DNA of 41,408 nt from Chloroflexota bacterium (GCA_039932235.1 JBDTQJ010000002.1:1-41408); one strand, 5' to 3'; counted from the first letter of the stretch, positions 17,698-26,200 are shown. Made by a program: numbers and translations. Notes: generated from the sequence alone by a model not told the origin.

Positions 17698-18587
17698 GGG
17701 GCAGCTCCATAGTCTGCGAGCGCCATCGAGACGCTCACCGGGTCACAGGCGCCGCGCTCGGCCAGCGCGGCAAGGAAGGCGGACCGATGCGCCAGCTCGG
17801 CCTCGAAGGTGGCGGCATCCCTCCCCAGGCTGGCCGCCAGGACGGCGTAGGCGGCGTGATCGTGCACCAGCGGCCGGTGCGCTCGACCACCGTCATCGGG
17901 CAGGAATGGCGGCTCCGGCAGGCGCTGGGCGCCGGTCAGCGACGGGGAGCGCTCGCCCTCGATGGCGGCCAGTCGGACGGGTGCCAACGCACCACGCTCG
18001 TCGAGGCGCAGATGCCACGCCTCCTCGACGCGGCGGTACATGCCGGCGGGGGTCTGATACGCCGACCACTGGAGGTAGATGGTGAGGCCGGCGAGGTCCG
18101 CATCGGTCGCGCCGAGGTCGTCGCGCAGCGCGTCGAGCGCCTCCGGAAGGGAATCCGCGTGCATCGTGGCGCCAAGCCCGTAGCCGCTTCCGGCGAGGCG
18201 CAGGGCGCCCTGCGCCGCACGGCCCCAGACGTAGATCGGGAGGTGGTCGCTCATCTCGTTGATGAGCAGGTAGCCGCGTTCAGCCGGGACCTCATCGGTC
18301 CAGTCGAAATCGGCGAACCAGCCACGCAGGAAGATGCCGACCGTCCCCTCCGGGAGGAAGTCGACGAGCGCCGAGAGGGTCGTCGTCTTGCCGGCCTGCG
18401 GTGCCTCGCTGCTGAGCATGACGCTCTTGCGCCGCGCCATGACCGCCCAGAGGGTGGCCATCAGCCGCTGGTCGATGGCGCCCGAGCCCACGATCTCGAC
18501 CGCGCTCATCGGCTGCGGGGGCGCCCAGTGGTAGCCCCACCAACCCTCGGGGAAGCGGTTCACCCAGGCGCTCAGGGAGCCGGACAT
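17694..18587 (-). CDS. Minimal T2SS/T4P/T4SS-type (VirB11/CpaF-like) P-loop ATPase
   Basis: Walker A APQAGKTTTLSAL, Glu-box GYLLINEM and His-box GATMHADS. The ATG at 18587 is preferred because the longest ORF (to 18626) would start at TTG. There is no N-terminal domain. Confidence 0.65.
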   Translation of the reverse strand: MSGSLSAWVNRFPEGWWGYHWAPPQPMSAVEIVGSGAIDQRLMATLWAVMARRKSVMLSSEAPQAGKTTTLSALVDFLPEGTVGIFLRGWFADFDWTDEVPAERGYLLINEMSDHLPIYVWGRAAQGALRLAGSGYGLGATMHADSLPEALDALRDDLGATDADLAGLTIYLQWSAYQTPAGMYRRVEEAWHLRLDERGALAPVRLAAIEGERSPSLTGAQRLPEPPFLPDDGGRAHRPLVHDHAAYAVLAASLGRDAATFEAELAHRSAFLAALAERGACDPVSVSMALADYGAAP

Positions 18588-18660
18588 CGTGCGGGCCACG
18601 GTACGCGGGGGACGAGGTGCCTGCAACCACGCGTCGGCCGGGGGCCCCGGGCCGGTGGGG

Positions 18661-18800
18661 TTGCACTAGATGTAGGCAAGTGGCGGAGGAGCGGCTGCGT
18701 TGACCGGGTTCTGTGCGGCGGGTGCACGGCACGCTGCCGAAAGGAGCGGCAAGAGGCTGCTACTCCGCTGGTTGCCACCACCCGATGCAACGCATCGGTC
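18661..18800. repeat. Copy 1 of a diverged 140-bp direct repeat
   Basis: It aligns without gaps to 19508..19647 (102/140 identical by my hand count, offset 847 bp). The perfect 24-nt core gaggctgctactccgctggttgcc lies at 18753..18776. Confidence 0.85.
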
Positions 18801-18805
18801 GAGGC

Positions 18806-19468
18806 TCAGATGAACACGATCCCGTTGGCGCTCGGGTCGCGTCCCTCGTGCAGGGCGGCGAGGACCTGGCGCGTGGTGAGCGGGAAGGAACGGCGCAGCG
18901 CCTCGCCGGCTTCGCGAACCTGACGGCGGTTGGCCTCGGTCTCGGCGAAGACCAGGATGAGCCTGTCGGCGCCGCCATCGAGCTGCTTGCGAAGGCTCGC
19001 GCGTGCCTGGGCCTGCACGTCGCGCACCCGTGACCAGATGTCGAACGCGACGCGGCAACCAGGCTGGAGCGCGCCGGCATCGAAGGCGCGCAGATCGTGC
19101 GGGGCCACGAGCATCTCGATGATCCATCTCCACGGTGGACCGATATGCGGCGCCAATCTGTTCAGGACGCGCAGCTGTCCCGCGTCCCGGATCGCCGAAC
19201 CAAGCGGCAGCATGTTGATCCGCAGCACGAGGCCCAAGACGGCGGCATGTCGCGCGAGATGCCGAATGGTCAGCCGGGAGACGCGGCCACGTTCGACGCG
19301 GCTGATGGTCGCAGCGGAGCAGCCGAGCGCCCGTCCCACGCTTCCCTGGCTGATTCCGGCGATCAGGCGTGCTCGACGCAGCTCGTCGCCCAGTTCACGG
19401 CGGAGCCTGTCCCCTAGCCTGTTGGCCTCGTCGAGGCGGCGAACTGAAGCGGGCATGAGACCGATCAT
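18806..19468 (-). CDS. XRE-family HTH protein with an uncharacterised ~130-aa C-terminal domain
   Basis: The HTH_3 signature is LRRARLIAGISQGSVGRALGCSAATISRVERG. I do not recognise the C-terminal region. Confidence 0.85.
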   Translation of the reverse strand: MIGLMPASVRRLDEANRLGDRLRRELGDELRRARLIAGISQGSVGRALGCSAATISRVERGRVSRLTIRHLARHAAVLGLVLRINMLPLGSAIRDAGQLRVLNRLAPHIGPPWRWIIEMLVAPHDLRAFDAGALQPGCRVAFDIWSRVRDVQAQARASLRKQLDGGADRLILVFAETEANRRQVREAGEALRRSFPLTTRQVLAALHEGRDPSANGIVFI

Positions 19469-19507
19469 GGCGCGGCGGCGTTACCGGGCCCTTAGCGGCG
19501 GATTAGC

Positions 19508-19647
19508 TTGCATCCGATGTCGGGGTCCGGCGGAGGATCCGATGAATTGACCGCCTCTTGTGCACGCGGTGCACTGGACCCTGCCGAAACGACCTGACGG
19601 AGGCTGCTACTCCGCTGGTTGCCGCCACCGGATGCAAAGGACCGTCG
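19508..19647. repeat. Copy 2 of the diverged 140-bp direct repeat
   Basis: See copy 1. The identical 24-nt core lies at 19600..19623, and the copy contains TTGACC-N17-TGCACT on the plus strand. Confidence 0.85.
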
Positions 19648-19679
19648 CGAAATCAAGGTGCCGCCGGTACCCTCGGTCC

Positions 19680-20600
19680 ATGCAGCTCCTGCAGCGGCGG
19701 CGTTCCTGGGCCGGAGCCACCCTCTGGGCGCTGGCCACCATCGGGATGATCAGCTTCGCGGCGTACCTGGTTGAGATCATCGTCCTCGACGGGGGCATCG
19801 GCTACGACCTGCATGCCTACGTGCTTGCCGGCCGCCATGCCCTGGAGGGGCAGCCGCTGTACGGCGAGATGATGATCGGCGACCCGGGGGCGTACCGCTA
19901 CCCGCCGACCTTCGCGTACCTCGCCATTCCGCTCGCCCTCCCGCCCGAGCTGGCGGTCACATGGGCCTATCGCGCCGCCTGCGTCGGGTGCGTCCGGGTC
20001 CTGACCGGCTCGTGGCGCTGGACAGGGGTTGCGCTCCTCTTCCAGCCGCTCCAGATCGAGCTCGTCTCTCTGAACGTGACGCTGCCGATCGCGTGCGCCG
20101 CTCGTGCCGCTCTGCGCGGGTCGCGATCCGGCGCCGTGCTGACGCCCGCGTCGGCGGCGCTGAAGTATGGGAGCGCGCTGTTGATCCCCTTCCTGTGGTG
20201 GCGGGCCCCATGGCTGCGCCGGTCGCTCCTCGTGGGGGCCCTGGCGCTGCTTGCGCTGTTCGCCATCCACGCCGCCCTGCGGCCAGCCGACTGGACGGAC
20301 TACGTCGCATCCCTCGTCCAGCAGTCGGCATCCGCCAACCAGGCACCGTTCGTCGGCGACCAGCTGCTGGTGCTCGTCCCATCGACGCTGTGGGACTTCG
20401 CGCTGCGCTTCGCGCTGTGCGGCGTGGCGATCTGGCTCGCGATCTGGCGTGGCTGGGGGTGGCTCGCGTTCGCCGCCGCCGCGCTGGCCGTTCCCACGCT
20501 GTGGGTGGCACGCCTCGCGGCGCTGGTCGGCGTGCCGCGGCTGTGGTGGGAGGAGCGGGTCAGGCGCGCAGAATCCGCCGCCCCAGCGCCGCGCGCATGA
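19680..20600 (+). CDS. Polytopic membrane protein, GT87/DUF2029-like glycosyltransferase
   Basis: Internal ATG at 19680 (MQLLQRRRSWAGATLWALATIG...). It has multiple TM helices and an N-terminal loop YDLHAYVLAGRHALEGQPLY resembling the DUF2029 motif. It is shorter (306 aa) than I would expect for the family. Confidence 0.6.
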   Translation: MQLLQRRRSWAGATLWALATIGMISFAAYLVEIIVLDGGIGYDLHAYVLAGRHALEGQPLYGEMMIGDPGAYRYPPTFAYLAIPLALPPELAVTWAYRAACVGCVRVLTGSWRWTGVALLFQPLQIELVSLNVTLPIACAARAALRGSRSGAVLTPASAALKYGSALLIPFLWWRAPWLRRSLLVGALALLALFAIHAALRPADWTDYVASLVQQSASANQAPFVGDQLLVLVPSTLWDFALRFALCGVAIWLAIWRGWGWLAFAAAALAVPTLWVARLAALVGVPRLWWEERVRRAESAAPAPRA

Positions 20601-21015
20601 CGAAGATGGCTCGCATGGCAACGCCCGCGGCGGCGTCGACAACGAGGCCGAGGAGGCCGTCCGGACCCACGTGGTAGTCGATCTCGTCGATCACCCAGGT
20701 GCCGCGGCGGCGCGCCGGCTCGAAGGCGTGGGTATGGTCGAAACGCCGCATCGGCCCGGAGACCGTCTCGTCGCGGAACCGGACGCCGGGCACGTGCTCC
20801 ACGAGGCGCACGGTCCACGACCCCAGCATCCACGGACCGATGCCGTAGCGGAACGTGAACTCGCTCCCCTTCTGCGGCGGGTCAGGTTCCACCCGGTCGA
20901 CGATGATCGTCGCCGGCGGCGGGCTCAGGCGCGCCAGGTTACGCGGTTCGTCGAAGAACGCGAAGACCTCGTCCACCGTGGCGGAGACCCAGGCGCGGCT
21001 CCGAATGCGTGGCAC
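20560..21015 (-). CDS. SRPBCC (polyketide cyclase/dehydrase-like) family protein
   Basis: The GTG at 21015 lies 5 nt after the ALDH stop. VSATVDEVFAFFDEPRNLARLSPP... is typical of SRPBCC ligand-binding proteins. The 3' end overlaps the convergent gene by 41 nt. Confidence 0.7.
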   Translation of the reverse strand: MPRIRSRAWVSATVDEVFAFFDEPRNLARLSPPPATIIVDRVEPDPPQKGSEFTFRYGIGPWMLGSWTVRLVEHVPGVRFRDETVSGPMRRFDHTHAFEPARRRGTWVIDEIDYHVGPDGLLGLVVDAAAGVAMRAIFVMRAALGRRILRA

Positions 21016-21020
21016 GGCGG

Positions 21021-22511
21021 TCAGGCGCCGAACGGGTTGACCGGCTTGGCGCTCGTCCCCACCAGGATCGCCTTCGTCTCCGTGTACAGGTCCAGCGCAT
21101 CGATCGACTGCTCGCGGCCGTAGCCGGAGTCCTTGAAGCCGCCGAACGGGATGCCGGGGAAGGCGACGAACGGGGTGTTGATGCTCACCGCGCCGGAGCG
21201 GATCTTCTGGCCCAACCGGTGCCCGCGCGCCGAATCGCCGGTCCACACCGTCGCCGCCAGGCCGTAGCGCACCTCGTTGGCGAGGCGCAGCGCCTCCGCC
21301 TCGTCGCTGAAGCGGGACAGGGTGACGACCGGACCGAAGATCTCTTCCTGGGCAACCTGCCAGGCATTGTCGACGCCACCGATGACGGTCGGGCGCACGA
21401 AGGCCTCGGCATCCAGGCCGTTCCCGAGTGAGCCGTCCAGGTCGCCTCCGGCGAGCAGCTCACCCCCCTCCTCGATGCCGATCGCGATCAGCCCGCGCAC
21501 CTTCGCCGCATGCGCACGGCTGATGAGCGAGCCAACCTGGGTCGTCTCGCCAAGCGGATCGCCGATGCGCAGCGCGGCCGCCTTGGCGCTGAACGCCGCC
21601 GCGAACTCGTCATAGATCGAGTCCTGTACCAGCAGCCGCGAGCGCGCCTCGCAGGACTGGCCGGCCGAGTAGTAGATCCCCCACAGCGACCCGTTCACGG
21701 CCGCGTCCAGGTCCGCGTCGCTGAAGACGAGGTTGGGCGATTTGCCACCGAGCTCGAGCGAGACCCGCTTCAGCGTCTCGGATGCCGCCGCCGCGATGCG
21801 ACGGCCGGTGGTCGTTTCCCCGGTGAAGGCGATCTTGTCGATCCCCGGGTGGCGGGCCATTGCCTCGCCGACCTCGTCGCCCGGACCGGTGACCACATTG
21901 AGCACGCCGGCCGGGATGCCGGCCTCGAGGGCCAGCTCACCGAGACGAATCGCGGTCAGCGGAGTCGCGGAGGCGGGCTTGAGGATCATGGTGCAGCCCG
22001 TTGCGAGCGCCGGCGCCACCTTCCAGGCGGCCATCATGAGCGGGTAGTTCCACGGGATGATGGCGCCCACCACGCCCACCGGCTCGCGGAGCGTGTACGT
22101 CACCACCGACGGGTTGACGACGTGAGAGCGGCCGTAGACGTGCTGCGCCAGCCCGGCGAACAGCTCGAGGGTCGCGACGCCGGTCTTCAGCTCGGCGAGG
22201 CATTGCCAGCGCGCCTTGCCGTTGTTGCGGCTCTCGAGCGTCGCCAGCTCGTCGGCGTTCGCGTCCAGCAGCTCGGCGAGCTTCAGCAGCATGCGCGAGC
22301 GCTTGGCGGGCGAGGTCCTGGCCCAGGCTCCCTCGAGCGCCCCGCGAGCGGCCGCGACGGCCGCGTCGACATCGGTCGCAGCGCCGCGGGCGACGCTGCC
22401 CAGCTCGGTGCCGGTGGCCGGTGAGAAGGTGGTGAAGGTGGCGCCAGAGGCGGCATCGCGCAGCTCGCCGTCGATCAGGAGCCGGCCCTGGAAGGTGGTC
22501 GCATCGGTCAT
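21021..22511 (-). CDS. NAD(P)-dependent aldehyde dehydrogenase (aminobutyraldehyde/betaine-aldehyde DH-like)
   Basis: Motifs are FTGETTTGRRI, ELGGKSPNLVF (catalytic Glu), GQSCEARSRLLV (catalytic Cys) and EEIFGPV. Start is the ATG at 22511, with an alternative GTG at 22517. Confidence 0.9.
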   Translation of the reverse strand: MTDATTFQGRLLIDGELRDAASGATFTTFSPATGTELGSVARGAATDVDAAVAAARGALEGAWARTSPAKRSRMLLKLAELLDANADELATLESRNNGKARWQCLAELKTGVATLELFAGLAQHVYGRSHVVNPSVVTYTLREPVGVVGAIIPWNYPLMMAAWKVAPALATGCTMILKPASATPLTAIRLGELALEAGIPAGVLNVVTGPGDEVGEAMARHPGIDKIAFTGETTTGRRIAAAASETLKRVSLELGGKSPNLVFSDADLDAAVNGSLWGIYYSAGQSCEARSRLLVQDSIYDEFAAAFSAKAAALRIGDPLGETTQVGSLISRAHAAKVRGLIAIGIEEGGELLAGGDLDGSLGNGLDAEAFVRPTVIGGVDNAWQVAQEEIFGPVVTLSRFSDEAEALRLANEVRYGLAATVWTGDSARGHRLGQKIRSGAVSINTPFVAFPGIPFGGFKDSGYGREQSIDALDLYTETKAILVGTSAKPVNPFGA

Positions 22512-22543
22512 GCGCACGATGGTAGAGCACGTATCATCGCGGC

Positions 22544-23128
22544 ATGACGACCCCCATGCTGCGCGGTCATCGCGTGTGGCTGCGGATGACCGAGAAGGCC
22601 GACGTGCTGGCCACCGATATCGACGATCGCGATCTCGGGCACTACGCGGGCTTCAAGTTCGCGTTCAGCAACGACATGGTCGACGGCTGGTTCCGCGAGC
22701 TGACCGAGGAGATGGGATCCGGAAGCGCCTACCAGTTCACGATCTGCCCGCTCGGCTCGCGGGAGGGAATCGGCGCAATTGGGCTTCGTGGCATCGACAC
22801 CGCCAACGGCAGCGCCTGGGCCAGCATCTTCGTGACCGATGCCAGCCGCTGGGGCACGGGGGTCGGAACTGATGCCATGAACGTGCTCCTCGACTTTGCC
22901 TTCGGGGAGCTGCGCCTGGAACGCGTCTCGCTCGAGGTCTTCGACTACAACCCGCGCGCCATCCGCAGCTACGAGAAGGCGGGGTACCGGGTAGAGGTGC
23001 GGCGGCGGCGCTCGCGGTTCCACCGCGGGGACTTCCACGATGTGATCGGGATGGCCATCCTGCGCGAGGAATGGCTGGCCCTCGACCGGGTGCGCAGCTG
23101 GGAGCTTCCGGCGCTCGATCCGGCCTGA
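22544..23128 (+). CDS. GNAT family N-acetyltransferase (RimJ/RimL-like)
   Basis: 194 aa with a GNAT core (RWGTGVGTDAMNVLLDFAF, NPRAIRSYEKAGY). Confidence 0.9.
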   Translation: MTTPMLRGHRVWLRMTEKADVLATDIDDRDLGHYAGFKFAFSNDMVDGWFRELTEEMGSGSAYQFTICPLGSREGIGAIGLRGIDTANGSAWASIFVTDASRWGTGVGTDAMNVLLDFAFGELRLERVSLEVFDYNPRAIRSYEKAGYRVEVRRRRSRFHRGDFHDVIGMAILREEWLALDRVRSWELPALDPA

Positions 23129-23234
23129 GCGCCCTTCGGCGCGTCACATTCGGGGCGCATCGGGCATCGATTGAACCGCTAGGCGCCCAACCAGGCTAGG
23201 TACTGACGCACGACATGATGAGCGACGCGCGGGG

Positions 23235-26200
23235 ATGCAACGTCGGGTACCCGGTGGACGGGTGTCGCGCCTCGGCGCGGCGCGCGTGAACGGATTGCTC
23301 GCCGGCCTGCGGCTCGTCCTCCAGCGCGCCCGGCACGATTGGTTGGTCGTCGGCGCTGCCGCCGTCATCACCCTGCTGGCAGCTGCCTTCCTGGCGGGTG
23401 GCCTGATCTACGCCGATGCCGTCGCGTCGGCCGGCCTGCAGCGTTCGCTCGCCAGCGCAGAAGCCCAGTCGGCGGGCCTGCAGGTCAGAGTGGGCGGGCC
23501 GCCTGACCTGCTGGCGCGCACCGACGAGGCGGTTCGCGACGAGGCGGCGCTCCTCTTCGCGAACGAGTCACCCACCGTCCAGCGCCGTGGTGACACCGGC
23601 TCGTGGACCCTTCCCGGCCAGGATGCGGACGACATCACCCAGCTGACCGTCTTCGCCTATCTCGACGACCTGGCCGCCCACGCGACGCTGGTGGACGGCG
23701 CCTGGCCGACCGGGGCCGGCGAGGACGTCGAGGTCGCCCTAAACGCGGAGGCGGCCGCCGGCCTGGGCTACGCCGTCGGCGACGAGCTGGACCTGGTGAG
23801 CCGCCTCGACCCCGAGGCAACGACGACGGCGCGCCTCGTCGGCACGTGGCTCCCGGCCGAGATCAGCGATCGCTACTGGTGGGGCGAGCGGCTGGACCTC
23901 GAGGGGGTGGATGTCGGCCAGACGTACACCACCTGGGGACCGATGGTCGTCGACGAGTCGCGCTATGACGAGGTCGCCACGGCCGGCGGCTCCGCCGTCT
24001 CCTGGCGCGTCTTCCCCGACCCGGCGCGGGTCACCGCGGCGCGGCTGTCTGCGATCGCCGCCGACCTCGAGGGCCTGCAGGCGCGGCTGCGGTCGCGAGT
24101 CGCCAGCTCGCAGCTCAACGTGGTGAGCGACCTGGGCGAGAAGCTGGCCGCCGCCGACCGGTCGCTCGTCGTTGCCCAGATGAGCGTCACCGTTCTGGCT
24201 ATCCAGCTGGCCGTGCTGGCGGGCTACGCCCTGGTGCTCACCGCCGGGCTGCTCATCGAACAGCGGCGGGGCGAGACGGCACTCCTCCGCGCACGCGGCG
24301 CCGGTGCCTGGCAGCTTGGCCTCGCGGCGCTCATCGAGGCGCTTGTCCTGGCTGTGCCCGTGGCGATCGTGGCGCCGTTGTTGGCCACGTGGGCTCTCGG
24401 GGCGTTCAATGCTGCCGGGCCGCTGCACGAGATCGGACTGAGCATCACGCCCCGGGTCACCGCGCTCTCGCAGGCGGTGGCGGCGGCCACTGCGGCAGCA
24501 TGCGCCCTCGCCCTCGCGATGCCCTCGCTGTTGCAGGGCAGATCATTCGTCGCGCTGCGCGCGCGGCGGGGTCGCCAGGCGAGCAGTGGGATGGTCGAGC
24601 GCGCCGGGCTCGATGTCGCGCTGCTCGTCATCGCGGGGGTCGGGATCTGGCAGCTGCGTGCCTTCGGCGCACCGCTCACCGGGGCGGTGCGCGGCCAGCT
24701 GGGGGTCGATCCGCTCCTGGTTGCGGCCCCCGCGATCGGGCTGCTGGCCGGCGCGGTGATCGCGCTGCGCATCCTGCCCCTGGTCGCGCGGCTCGCCGAC
24801 GCGGGCATGACCCACGGCCGAGGCCTGGTGGCGTCGTTGGGGGCCTGGCAGATCGCCCGCCGGCCGCTGCGCTACGCCCCAGCGGCACTGCTCCTGATCG
24901 TGACCATGGCCCTCGGCATCTTTGCCATCTCCTACGGACGGACCTGGGCCGTCTCCCAGGCCGACCAGGCCGCCTACCAGGTGGGTGCGGATCTGCGCGT
25001 CGTGCCGAATCGCTTCGCCGGCGCCGTTCCGTCGCTCGACCTCGCATCGGCCTACCGCGCGGCGGGAGCCTCCGACGTCATGGCCGCGCATCGCGAGGGC
25101 GTCACCTTCGGCGGGCGCAGCGGGGGCCAGGTGCTGCTGCTCGATGCGCGCCGGGGCGACGAGGTGGTGGCCTTCCGCGGCGACCTGGCCAACGACCCAT
25201 TCGCGGCAATGATGGCGCGCCTCGCCGACGCGCGGCCGGAGCTCGACGTCCCGCGGCTCCCCGACGGCGCGGAGGCGGTGGCGGTTACCGCCCTGCTGGC
25301 CGTCGACGACCCGCCGCCCTTCGATCCGCAGGAGGTACCGCAGAACCAGCGGCCCGGGCCGGTATCCCCCTTCTCCCTGGCGCTGGTGGTGGTGGATGGC
25401 GACGGGATCTTCCATCGCGTCGAGCTCGGCGAGATGGCGCCGGGGGCGACCCCGAGCCGCCTCGTTGCACCGCTCGTCACCGCCTCGGTTGCGGGCGGCG
25501 CCCCGACCGGGCCGCTCTCCCTGGTGGCGATCGAGCTGCACGGGACTGCCGGCGACAATCGTGCCGTGGGCGGCCACCTCGACATCGTCGGCCTCGAGGC
25601 CTCGGTCGCGGGCACGTGGCAGGCGTGGGCGCCCGCACCGGCAGGCGGGTTCGAGGCCGCAGCGTACGAATCGAGCGGGCAGCTGACGTTGGAGGCAGGC
25701 CTCGAGGAGGCACCCGATGGCGTGACGGACCGGCTCGGATTCCTGATCGGCGCGGCGCTCGACCGTCGCCGCCTGGCGCCGGTGACGTGGAGCCTGCGCC
25801 CGGCTGGCGTCGCGGCGGGCCGGGTCACTCCAAAGATCCTCGTCAACGGGTCGCTCCTGGGTGCCACCGAGGCGGGGCTCGGCGACGATGCCACCGCGGA
25901 CCTGGGCTACGGGATCGTGCCATTACGCCTGGAGGAGGACCTCGACGCGTTCCCAACACTCGACCCGGGCGAGGCGATCATCGTCGGCGACCTCGGCACC
26001 GTGGCGCTCGATGCCTACCTCGCGCGCGCCACCGTGCTCGAGCCGGACGAGTGGTGGATGACCGCCGCCGAGCCGGTGGCCCTCGGCGACGCGCTGCGGG
26101 CGCCGCCGTTCGAGAGTGTCGAGACCATCGCATCGGTCACCCGCACTGCCGCCCTGCAGACCGACCCGGTCGCCTTGGGCATCCTCGGCGCGCTGCTGCT

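Noticed and set aside
18661-19647. Interpreting the repeats as attL/attR or terminal repeats of a mobile element
   Set aside because: There is no integrase, transposase, recombinase or tRNA target in the window and no terminal inverted repeats. The copies are only ~73% identical and enclose a single 663-bp gene. An ancient cassette insertion cannot be excluded, so the observation is kept as a finding without the mobile-element label.
19560-19679. Peptide-coding reading of the 140-bp repeat (similar 'proteins' MRRVHGTLPK..GCYSAGC..MQR in both copies; an in-frame N-terminal extension of the GT87-like gene)
   Set aside because: Codon-by-codon comparison of the two copies shows mostly non-synonymous and multi-nucleotide differences outside the 24-nt core. 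There is no third-position bias, so the similarity is at the DNA level. In copy 1 the same frame runs antisense into the XRE gene.
20560-21246. 228-aa version of the SRPBCC gene
   Set aside because: The upstream 77 codons overlap the ALDH 3' end in another frame and translate to Arg/Pro-rich sequence. The SRPBCC similarity starts at the GTG at 21015, 5 nt after the ALDH stop.
23215-23289. 24-aa Cys-containing ORF (MMSDARGCNVGYPVDGCRASARRA) just upstream of and overlapping the first FtsX permease, considered as a possible exported or precursor peptide
   Set aside because: It overlaps the permease start in another frame. It has no leader- or core-like features, no Shine-Dalgarno sequence and no modification enzymes nearby, so it is most likely a chance ORF.
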